24,210 nucleotides of DNA from Gemmatimonadota bacterium. GTDB taxonomy: Bacteria > Gemmatimonadota > Gemmatimonadetes > Gemmatimonadales > GWC2-71-9. Shown in pieces: positions 7,836 to 15,739 of this stretch (its first letter is position 1; each line of letters starts with the position of its first letter). The position numbers were made by a program, and so were the translations under genes. The notes below the pieces were generated by a model. It worked only from the letters and a program-made list of their open reading frames with translations, was not told the origin of the DNA and ran no database searches. The DNA lies in assembly GCA_003221005.1 (NCBI GenBank), contig QHTZ01000060.1, forward strand, positions 1-24,210. Reading direction: 5' to 3'.

Positions 7836-9281
7836 ATGCAGCGGCTGGGCCTCGCTCTCGTGGTCATGGCGCTCGCCGGATGCGGCGCGCTGCGGGATGC
7901 CTTCTCGGCGCACCCGCGGGTGGCGGCCACGGCGGCCGGGCAGGATCTGACGGTGCAGCAGCTCGCGACCTGGGTCGCGGGCGTCAAGCGCATCCAGCCG
8001 AAAGTGCAGAACTTCGCCGGGCTCGCGGCGGTATACGTGGACTACATGGTGTTCGCGGCCCAGCTGGCGAAGGGGCGGAACATGGACGACTCGCTGCTCG
8101 TGCTCGAGGCCAACTGGCCGGCCGTGGCGCAGCTGAAATGGAACCGGTTTCACGATCGGCTGGTCGCCGCGCGCGCCGACTTGACCCCTGCAGAGATCGA
8201 CTCCACCTATCTCGCCGGGACCGTGCGGCTGTTCCAGCACCTCCTCATCCAGGTGCCGGCGAGCGCCGCGCCGCCGCTGGTGGAGCGGAAGCGCGCCCTG
8301 ACGGAGCAGCTGCTGCATCAGGTGTCCGCGCAGCATGGCGCGGGCTTCGCGGCGCTCGCGCGCCGGTACTCCGAGGATCCCGGCTCCAAGTCCAGCGGCG
8401 GCTATCTCTCGGTCGCCGCGCGCGGGCAGTTCGTCGTCCCGTTCGAGACGGCGGCCTGGGTGCTCGAGCCAGGAGGCATCAGCGGCGCGGTACGCTCACC
8501 CTTCGGCTTCCACATCATCCGTCGCCCCCCGCTGGCGGAAGTCCGCGATTCGTTCAGCGCCGGCCTCGCGCGTCTCGTCACGCAGCATCTCGACTCGGTG
8601 TACGTGGACAGCCTGGCGACGCGGCGCGAGCTGCGCGTGAAGAGCGGAGCCCCGGCGGTCGTGCGGACGGTTCTGGGCGACCTGGTGAGCGCCCGCACCA
8701 ACTCGCGGATCCTCGTGACGTACCGCGGCGGTGCCTTCCGCGTGAGCGATCTGGTGCGCTGGATCTTCGCCCTCGCTCCGCAGGAGGTGCGTTTCCTGCC
8801 CTCGGCGAGCGACGACCAGCTGCGTCAATTCCTGAGGGTGGTCGCGGAGCGGGAGCTGCTCCTCGCGCAGGTGGACTCCGCAGGGGTGCAACTTGCGCCC
8901 GACGATTGGCAGGAGATCCGCGTCGGGCACGACTCGGTCCTGAGCTTCCTCGAGCGCCAGCTCGGGATTTCCCCCAAAATGCTCGCTGATTCGGCCGCGA
9001 CGGTGGACGCGCGCGTGCGGCTCGCCGCCACGCATGTGGACTCCTACCTGGGCCGGGCGCTCAGCGGGAACGTGCAGATCGTGCCGGTGCCGCCGTTCCT
9101 CGCGGCGGCGCTGCGAGAGAGCGAGCCCTGGTCAATCGACCCCGGGGGCGTGGCGGATGCGGTCGATCGGGCCACGGCGCAGCGCGCGGCGAGCGACTCG
9201 ATGCCAGCGCCCGGGCTGCGTCGCGCCCCCGGGGGGCCCCCCATTCCGCTCGACACGGCCGTGCGCCGGTCCGCGCGCTGA
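7836..9281 (+). CDS. Parvulin-type peptidyl-prolyl isomerase lipoprotein (PrsA/SurA-like)
   Basis: Lipobox LAGC. Rotamase motif 'HLLI...GFAALARRYSEDPGSKSSGGYL......FVVPFETAAWVLEPGGISGAVRSPFGFHII'. Confidence 0.85.
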   Translation: MQRLGLALVVMALAGCGALRDAFSAHPRVAATAAGQDLTVQQLATWVAGVKRIQPKVQNFAGLAAVYVDYMVFAAQLAKGRNMDDSLLVLEANWPAVAQLKWNRFHDRLVAARADLTPAEIDSTYLAGTVRLFQHLLIQVPASAAPPLVERKRALTEQLLHQVSAQHGAGFAALARRYSEDPGSKSSGGYLSVAARGQFVVPFETAAWVLEPGGISGAVRSPFGFHIIRRPPLAEVRDSFSAGLARLVTQHLDSVYVDSLATRRELRVKSGAPAVVRTVLGDLVSARTNSRILVTYRGGAFRVSDLVRWIFALAPQEVRFLPSASDDQLRQFLRVVAERELLLAQVDSAGVQLAPDDWQEIRVGHDSVLSFLERQLGISPKMLADSAATVDARVRLAATHVDSYLGRALSGNVQIVPVPPFLAAALRESEPWSIDPGGVADAVDRATAQRAASDSMPAPGLRRAPGGPPIPLDTAVRRSAR

Positions 9282-9282
9282 C

Positions 9283-10523
9283 ATGCGCCCGCCGGCCTGG
9301 CTCTCTCTCGGTACGCTGCTCCTCGCGGCAGCGGCGCCGGCTGTCGCCCAGCGCGAGAGCGGAGCGCAGGTGATCGATCGCATCGTCGCCGTCGTCGGGA
9401 CCGTACCGATCCTGTGGTCGAAGGTCGAAGAGCAACTCGTCCTGGAGCGGTCGCAGGGGGCGAAGATCCCGGACGACTCGGCGGGGCGGGAGGCCGCGCG
9501 CCGCCAGCTCCTGAATAAGATGGTGGATGAAGAGCTGCTGGTGCAGCAGGCTCAGCGCGACACGAGCATCAAAGTGACGGAGCAAGAGGTCCAGGAGCAG
9601 GTCGAGAAGACGGTGCAGAACGTCCACGGGCAGTTCACATCCTCGCTCGATTTCCAGACGCAGCTTCGCGCCGCTGGCTTCACCTCGGAAGAGGAATGGC
9701 GCCGCTGGCTGGCCGACAATCAGCGCCGGGCGATTCAGCAGCAGCGCCTCATCGAGGAGCTGAAGCGGAACAACAAGTTGCGCCCCATCCCCCCCACCGA
9801 AGCGCAGATGCGGGACTTCTGGGACCAGAACGTGGCGGAGCGCCCGAAGCAGCCCGCGCTCATCTCGTTCCGGCAAATCGTCATCGCAGTCAAGCCCGAC
9901 TCCGCGGCCAGGGGCCGGGCGCGCGCGCTCGCGGAATCGCTGCGGGGGGGGAGCTGGGTTGGTTCCGGCGTGGCGTGATGGTGAAGAAATTCGAAGACGC
10001 GACATTTCACCTGCGCCCCGGGGAGATGTCCGACGTGGTCGAGACCCCGTTCGGCTATCACATCATCCAGGTGGAACGCGTGCAGCCGGCCGAAGTTGAG
10101 GCGCGCCACATCCTGATCCAGCCGGCGATCTCGGCGGCCCAGGTCGCCCTGACGCGCCGCCTCGCGGATTCAGTGCACACCGCGCTCACCGCTGGCGCGT
10201 CGTTCGACTCGCTGGCGCGCCGGTACGCCGATCCCGACGAGCTGCGCGTTGTCGAGGCCCTGCCAGCCCCGGAGCTCCCGGCCAGCTACCCGAAGACTCT
10301 CGCTACCGACAGCGTCCGCGGGCTCAAGCCGGTGTTCGAAGTCGACAGCGCTACCCCGCGGGCGAAGTTCGTCGTGCTCGAAGTGACGAAGTGGGTGCCG
10401 GAGGGCGACCTCACCTTCGACGAGGTCAGGGACCGAATCCGTGACACCCTCGCCCAGCAGCTCGCGGTGCAGCACTACCTCAGCACCCTACGTCGCACGA
10501 CCTACATCGATATCCGGTTGTAG
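9283..10523 (+). pseudogene. surA: surA-like chaperone/PPIase split into 9283..9978 and 9978..10523 by an internal deletion plus frameshift at a G8 tract (real lesion or assembly error)
   Basis: Frame 1 has a signal peptide, the SurA N-domain 'VIDRIVAVVGTVPILWS...[15 protein letters not shown]' and the start of parvulin domain 1. '[41 protein letters not shown]' continues in another frame. Located upstream of pdxA. Confidence 0.8.
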
Positions 10524-10527
10524 CCCC

Positions 10528-11442
10528 GTGGCCGCTCGTCCCCGCCTCGCCGTGACGCTCGGCGATCCCCGGGGGATCGGACCGGAAGTCGTCGCGCGTG
10601 CGCTCGCTACTCCGCTCGACGCGGACATCACGTTGCTCGGCGCGGATGACCAGATGGCGGACCTGTCCGGGGTACGCAAAGTGGGCGTCGGAGTCTGGGG
10701 AAGGGGGAAGGGGGAAGAGGGTCTTTCCCCTTCCCTCGCCGCGACCGCCGGTCGTCTCGCCGGCGTGGCCGTGGAGAAGGCCGTGGAGCTCGCGCGGCTC
10801 GGGGACGTGGATGCCATCGTGACGGGCCCCGTTCACAAGCACGCGCTGCATCTCGCCGGCTATCGCTATCCCGGTCTCACCGAGTTCCTCTCACACCTCG
10901 CCGGCCACGCCGACGTCGCGATGATGCTCGCCGCGGGCCAGCTGCGCGTGGTGCTCGTCACGACCCATCTGCCGCTGCGGGACGTCCCCGACCAGGTGAC
11001 GACGGCGCGGGTGGTGCAGGTGGGGCGGATCACGACGGCGGCGCTGACGCGCTGGTGGGGGATCGCGCGGCCCCGGCTCGCCGTGTGTGCGCTCAACCCG
11101 CACGCGGGTGAATCAGGGCTGTTCGGAACGGAGGATGCCGAGGTGCTCCGGCCGGCGGCGGAGGCGCTAGGGGCGACGGGTCCGCTCCCCGCCGACACCG
11201 TGTTCGTGCGCGCGCTGCGGGGGGAGTTCGACGCCGTGCTTGCCCCTTACCACGACGTGGGCATGACGGCGATCAAGGTGGCGGGCTTCGGGAGAGGCGT
11301 AAACGTGACGCTCGGCCTGCCGTTCCCCCGCACGGCTCCGGACCACGGTACCGCCTTCGACATCGCCGGGAAGGGGGTAGCGGACCCGGGGTCGATGCGG
11401 GCGGCGCTGGAGATGGCCGTAGAGATGGCGGGGAGGAAATAG
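10528..11442 (+). CDS. pdxA: 4-hydroxythreonine-4-phosphate dehydrogenase PdxA (304 aa)
   Basis: GTG 10528. Motifs 'TLGDPRGIGPEV', 'GPVHK', 'VTTHLPL', 'LNPHAGE', 'GPLPADT', 'YHD.G', 'NVTLGLPF.RT.PDHGTAFDIAGKG.A'. Confidence 0.95.
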   Translation: MAARPRLAVTLGDPRGIGPEVVARALATPLDADITLLGADDQMADLSGVRKVGVGVWGRGKGEEGLSPSLAATAGRLAGVAVEKAVELARLGDVDAIVTGPVHKHALHLAGYRYPGLTEFLSHLAGHADVAMMLAAGQLRVVLVTTHLPLRDVPDQVTTARVVQVGRITTAALTRWWGIARPRLAVCALNPHAGESGLFGTEDAEVLRPAAEALGATGPLPADTVFVRALRGEFDAVLAPYHDVGMTAIKVAGFGRGVNVTLGLPFPRTAPDHGTAFDIAGKGVADPGSMRAALEMAVEMAGRK

Positions 11443-11448
11443 TCACCC

Positions 11449-11519
11449 GACGCCACGACGCCACGAGGCCACGTTGCACGACATGGGCGTCGTTACCTGG
11501 CACGTGGCGTCGTGGCGTC
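11449..11519. repeat. Palindromic (GACGCCAC)n element, copy 1, at the pdxA><hisG convergent junction
   Basis: Left arm GACGCCAC-GACGCCAC-GAGGCCAC-GT (11449-11474); right arm ACGTGGCGTCGTGGCGTC (11502-11519), the reverse complement of (GACGCCAC)2GT. Confidence 0.85.
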
Positions 11520-12122
11520 CTGTAACTTTTTCAGCAGTTCCGCATGCCGCTCCAGCTTCAGCTTATGACTCGCCCGATTCACCACCAGCACCGCGCCGAC
11601 GTCCAGGATCTGCGCCCGCTCGACGAGTCGGTTCTCGCGCAGCGTGCGGCCCGTATCCACCAGGTCCACGATCCAGTGCGACAGGTCCAGCAAGGGTGCG
11701 ACCTCGACCGAGCCCGACACAGTGATGATTTCCACGCCGAGGCCCGCCTCGGCAAAGAAGCCGCGGGTGAGGCGCGGATATTTCGTGGCCACCCGCGGCG
11801 TGACGCCGCCGGGGAGTGAAGGAAAGGGCGTGTCCGTGGGGCTCGCGACCACCATGCGGCACGCGCCGAAGCCGAGCGCCAGCGGCTCCAGGACATCGGC
11901 GGCGGCTTCCCGGAGGACGTCGGTGCCGGCGATCCCGATATCGGCGGCGCCTGATTCGACGTACACCGGCACGTCGGCCGGCTTCACGAACAGGAACGCG
12001 AGCGCCCCGTTGCTCGAGGGCACGAGCAGCTTCCGCGTTGTCTCCGGCTCCGACGGCTCGAACCCCGCTTGCCGGAACAGCGCGAGCGCGGGCTCGAGGA
12101 GGCGGCCCTTGGGGAGAGCCAC
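11493..12122 (-). CDS. hisG: ATP phosphoribosyltransferase, short form (HisZ-dependent); true start may be CTG at 12152
   Basis: 'ALPKGRL', 'KPADVPVYVESGAADIGIAGTDVLRE', 'RVATKYP', 'SGSVEVAPLL.LS..IVDLVDTGRTLREN'. No C-terminal regulatory domain. Confidence 0.95.
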   Translation of the reverse strand: MALPKGRLLEPALALFRQAGFEPSEPETTRKLLVPSSNGALAFLFVKPADVPVYVESGAADIGIAGTDVLREAAADVLEPLALGFGACRMVVASPTDTPFPSLPGGVTPRVATKYPRLTRGFFAEAGLGVEIITVSGSVEVAPLLDLSHWIVDLVDTGRTLRENRLVERAQILDVGAVLVVNRASHKLKLERHAELLKKLQDATTPRAR

Positions 12123-12148
12123 TGTCAGGGAAGAAGGCGGGGCAGCGG

Positions 12149-13093
12149 TCAGGGGGCTGCTTCCGCGAGGGCGTCGAGGTCGAGCGCCACGCCCACCGCC
12201 GGCAGGGGCCGGCCGAAGCGCGCGACGAGGTCGTCGTAGCGTCCGCCCGCGCCCACTGCGGCGCCGGCACCGCGGACGAAGATCTCGAAGTGCATCCCCG
12301 TGTAATAGTCGAGGCCCCGCACCTCACCGAAATCGTACACGACGTGGCGGCGCTCGTCGTCACTGAGGGCGGCGTCGATCGCGCGCAGGCGCTCGATCGC
12401 GTCGCCGACTTCGGGCGCGAGACGCGCGGCGCGGTCCAGCGCCTCGCGCCGGCCGATGACGAAGGGGAGCGTCCGGAGCGTGTCCGACGCGGTCGCCGCG
12501 AGCCCGGCCGCGTCCTTCCGGTCGATGAGCTTGCGGACCACGGCGCGTGCCTCGGGGGCGAGGGCGGCGAGCGCCGGCGCGAGCGCGCCCACATGCCCGA
12601 GGTTGAGCTGGAATTCCCGCACTTCGGCGCAGCGAACCAGCTCCAGCGCCAGCCGGATCACCTCCACGTCCGCCGCCACCCCGTCCTGTCCCAGCAGCTC
12701 GCCGCCGACCTGGAGGATTTCCCGCGGCCGGCGTCCTTCGTGCGCCGGGTCCTGGCGGAACACCTTGCCGGCGTAGCACAGCCGCAGTGGCGTCGCGCGG
12801 TCGGAGAGCTTGGTCGCCGCGAGACGCGCCACGCTCGCCGTAAAGTCATAGCGCAGCGCCAAGAGCTGGCCGTCGAGATCGAGGAAGCGAATCAGCCGGT
12901 CGGCGACCTCGGCTCCCCCCGCCCGCACGAACACCTCAGCGTACTCGAACGTGGGCGGGATGATCTCCTCGTAGCCGGCCCGCTCGACGCGCTCCAGCAT
13001 CCGGCCCTGGAGCAGGCGGCGCCGCCGCACGGCGTCCCCCGCGAGGTCGAGCGCGCCCGGCGGAATGGGCGCGATGCTCGAGCGCAGCTTCAC
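12149..13093 (-). CDS. hisZ: ATP phosphoribosyltransferase regulatory subunit HisZ
   Basis: HisRS-like 'GYEEIIPPTFEY', 'LALRYDFTASVAR', 'RLCYAGKVFR', 'REILQVGGEL', 'RGLDYYTG..F', 'GGRYDDL'. No anticodon-binding domain; adjacent to short hisG. Confidence 0.93.
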   Translation of the reverse strand: MKLRSSIAPIPPGALDLAGDAVRRRRLLQGRMLERVERAGYEEIIPPTFEYAEVFVRAGGAEVADRLIRFLDLDGQLLALRYDFTASVARLAATKLSDRATPLRLCYAGKVFRQDPAHEGRRPREILQVGGELLGQDGVAADVEVIRLALELVRCAEVREFQLNLGHVGALAPALAALAPEARAVVRKLIDRKDAAGLAATASDTLRTLPFVIGRREALDRAARLAPEVGDAIERLRAIDAALSDDERRHVVYDFGEVRGLDYYTGMHFEIFVRGAGAAVGAGGRYDDLVARFGRPLPAVGVALDLDALAEAAP

Positions 13094-14418
13094 GCCGGCA
13101 CCGAGCGCTGCAGCAGCCGCGCCGCGCCGACGCGGCGCCCGTCCATGCTGACGATCTCGAAAACGGCCCCCCGGACGCTCACGCGGTCGCCGACGCGGGG
13201 AAGCCGGCCGAGCGCGCCGAACAGCAGGCCGCCCAGCGTGTTGTAGTCGGCGTCGTCGAGGTCCAGGCCGTACGTCTGGTTGACCTCGTCGATCGGCGTC
13301 GAGCCGGGCAGCACCGGTGCGCCTTCAGCGCCCGCCGGCGCGGGTCCCGGCTCGGGACGGTCGTACTCGTCGTAGATCTGCCCCACGATCTCCTCGAGCA
13401 GATCTTCCATGGTCACGAGTCCCGCGGTGCCGCCGAACTCGTCGAGCACAATGGCGAGGTGGATCTTCTGCCGCCGCATGTCGGCGAGCACGTCCTCCAC
13501 CTCGCGGGTCCCGGGGACAAAGACCGCCGGCCGGAGGATGGTCTCGAGGGTCTCGCTGGTACCGGAACGGACGCCTGCGAGGATGTCTTTCGCGTGCACT
13601 GTGCCGACGATGTCGTCGAGCGATTCGCGGTAGACCGGGTAGCGGGACCGCCCCGCGAGCGACACCTGATCCGCGGCCTCTTCGAACGTCAGCTGGACGG
13701 GGAGCGCGACGATCTGGGTGCGGGGCGTCATCACGTCGCGCGCCGCCTTCTCGCTGAATTCGAACACGCCCTGGAGCAGCCGCGCGTCATCGGCGTCGAG
13801 GGAGCCTCGTTTTTGGCTCTGCTCTACCAGCATGCGGATCTCCTCGGGGGAGTGGATGCGGTCGAGCTCAGATGTCGTCCCCTTCACGCCCAGCAGGCGC
13901 ACGACGCGACGCGAGCTCCAGTTGAGCGCATCGGTCACGGGGCGCGTGACCCATGAGAACAGAATCAGCGCCGCCGCGATCCAGCGACTGGTGCGCTCGG
14001 GGTAGGTGATGGCCCACGCCTTGGGGGCCTGCTCCCCGAAGACCACGTGCAGGAACGTGACCACGCTGACCGCCACCGTCGACCCGACTCCGCCCCGCGC
14101 GAGGAAGCTCAGGGACCGCGGCAGCGTGGCGAACCAGTCGTGGAACAGGTGCGTCACGGTGTCCTGGGCGACGTAGCCGAGCAGAATCGATGCGACCGTG
14201 ATGCCGAGCTGTGCCGCCGAGAGTTGACGGTAGAGGTCTTGCAGCGCCTTCTGCACCGTCTTAGCCTTCCGGTCGCCGCGGCGTACCAGCGCTTCGATGC
14301 GGGTGCGTCGCGCTGCGACCAGCGCGAATTCCGCCGCCACGAAAAACGCGTTCGCCGCGACCAGGACGATCACAGCGACGAGACGGAGCATCAGCCACCC
14401 GACTTCCAGTTTGCTCAT
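13090..14418 (-). CDS. Hemolysin-family / CNNM protein (DUF21 + 2xCBS + CorC_HlyC), putative Mg/Co transport
   Basis: 'NAFFVAAEFALV', 'QLGITVASILLG', 'HVVFGEQAPK', 'DVMTPRTQI', 'SRYPVY', 'IVLDEFGGTAGLVTMEDLLEEIVGQIYDEYD', 'YNTLGG'. Confidence 0.93.
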   Translation of the reverse strand: MSKLEVGWLMLRLVAVIVLVAANAFFVAAEFALVAARRTRIEALVRRGDRKAKTVQKALQDLYRQLSAAQLGITVASILLGYVAQDTVTHLFHDWFATLPRSLSFLARGGVGSTVAVSVVTFLHVVFGEQAPKAWAITYPERTSRWIAAALILFSWVTRPVTDALNWSSRRVVRLLGVKGTTSELDRIHSPEEIRMLVEQSQKRGSLDADDARLLQGVFEFSEKAARDVMTPRTQIVALPVQLTFEEAADQVSLAGRSRYPVYRESLDDIVGTVHAKDILAGVRSGTSETLETILRPAVFVPGTREVEDVLADMRRQKIHLAIVLDEFGGTAGLVTMEDLLEEIVGQIYDEYDRPEPGPAPAGAEGAPVLPGSTPIDEVNQTYGLDLDDADYNTLGGLLFGALGRLPRVGDRVSVRGAVFEIVSMDGRRVGAARLLQRSVPA

Positions 14419-14440
14419 GCGACTCGCGAAAAGCTAGCCA

Positions 14441-15739
14441 GTGCTCACTCGACTTCAAGCGCCGCCCTACGACGTGCTGGCACCGCACCTTGGCAGAGGC
14501 GGCGCCGGCGATCCCGATACGGCAGCGGCGGTGCGCGCCATCGTCGACGACGTGCGCGCGCGCGGCGACGCAGCCGTGCGGGAGCACGGCCGGCGCTTGG
14601 ACGGGGCCGACCTCTCCCCGGCCGAGTGGGAGATCCCGCGATCCGAGTGGCAGGCGGCACAGCGGCGGCTTGCGCCGCCGCTGCGGGGCGCGCTCGAGAC
14701 GGCGGTGGCACGGGTGCGCGCGTATCACGAGCGCCAGGTGGGCGGCGGGTTCCTCGAGCGGGACGCGGAGGGGAATACGCTCGCGATGCGGCTGCTGCCG
14801 CTCGACCGGGTCGGCGTGTACGTCCCGGGCGGCAAGGCATCCTATCCCTCGACCGTGATCATGAACGTCGTGCCGGCGACCGTCGCGGGCGTGCCGGAGA
14901 TCGTTATGGTCACGCCGCCGGGGGGAATCACCGACGCGGTGCTCGCGGCTGCGGAGCTGGCGGGGGTGACGCGGGCCCTGCGGATCGGGGGCCCGCAGGC
15001 GATCGCCGCGCTCGCGTTCGGGACGCAGACGGTGCCGCGCGTGGACAAGATCGTGGGCCCCGGCAACAGGTTCGTGACCGCGGCCAAGCGCGAGGTCGCG
15101 GGCGCCGTCGGGATCGATATGCTGGCGGGTCCCACTGAAGTGCTCATCATCGCGGACCGCACGGCCGACGTGCGCTACGTGGCAGCCGACCTGATCGCGC
15201 AGGCCGAGCATGACGAGGACGCGGCGGCCTGGTGCGTCACGACCAGCCCCGAGCTCGCCGACGCGCTCGAGGGCGAGCTCGCGCGCCGGGTGGCGCAGGC
15301 GCCGCGGCGGGACATCGTGCGGCGCGCACTCGCCGCCCACGGGGTCGTGGTGGTCGTTCCCGATCTGGATGCGGCAGTCGAGGTGGCGAACCGGCGCGCG
15401 CCCGAACACCTCGAGCTGCTGCTCGCGGACCCCTGGCCCATCGCGAACCGCATCCGCCACGCCGGCGCCGTGTTCGTCGGGGCCACGACGCCCGAGCCGG
15501 TGGGCGACTACATCGCGGGCCCCTCGCATGTGTTGCCCACCGGTGGGACCGCCCGATATGTTTCGCCTCTCGGGGTCTACGACTTCGTGAAGCGGACCAG
15601 CATCATCTCTTATTCGCCCGAGCGGCTCGCGGCAGACGCGGACCACATCATCGCGCTCGCGGAAGCCGAAGGGCTGTTCGGGCACGCCGAAGCGATTCGC
15701 ATCAGGCAGGACGGGGGACGAGGGACGCGGGACCGGTGA
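14441..15739 (+). CDS. hisD: Histidinol dehydrogenase
   Basis: 'VGVYVPGGKASYPSTV', 'GGPQAIAALAFGT', 'KIVGPGN.FV.AAK', 'DMLAGPTEV', 'QAEHD', 'APEHLEL', 'GDYIAGPSHVLPTGG'. Confidence 0.97.
   Translation: MLTRLQAPPYDVLAPHLGRGGAGDPDTAAAVRAIVDDVRARGDAAVREHGRRLDGADLSPAEWEIPRSEWQAAQRRLAPPLRGALETAVARVRAYHERQVGGGFLERDAEGNTLAMRLLPLDRVGVYVPGGKASYPSTVIMNVVPATVAGVPEIVMVTPPGGITDAVLAAAELAGVTRALRIGGPQAIAALAFGTQTVPRVDKIVGPGNRFVTAAKREVAGAVGIDMLAGPTEVLIIADRTADVRYVAADLIAQAEHDEDAAAWCVTTSPELADALEGELARRVAQAPRRDIVRRALAAHGVVVVVPDLDAAVEVANRRAPEHLELLLADPWPIANRIRHAGAVFVGATTPEPVGDYIAGPSHVLPTGGTARYVSPLGVYDFVKRTSIISYSPERLAADADHIIALAEAEGLFGHAEAIRIRQDGGRGTRDR

Noticed and set aside
11563-13246. Overlapping 343-aa and 476-aa Arg/Pro/Ala-rich ORFs across hisG/hisZ
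   Set aside because: Alternative-frame or antisense products of GC-rich genes with no domain signatures.
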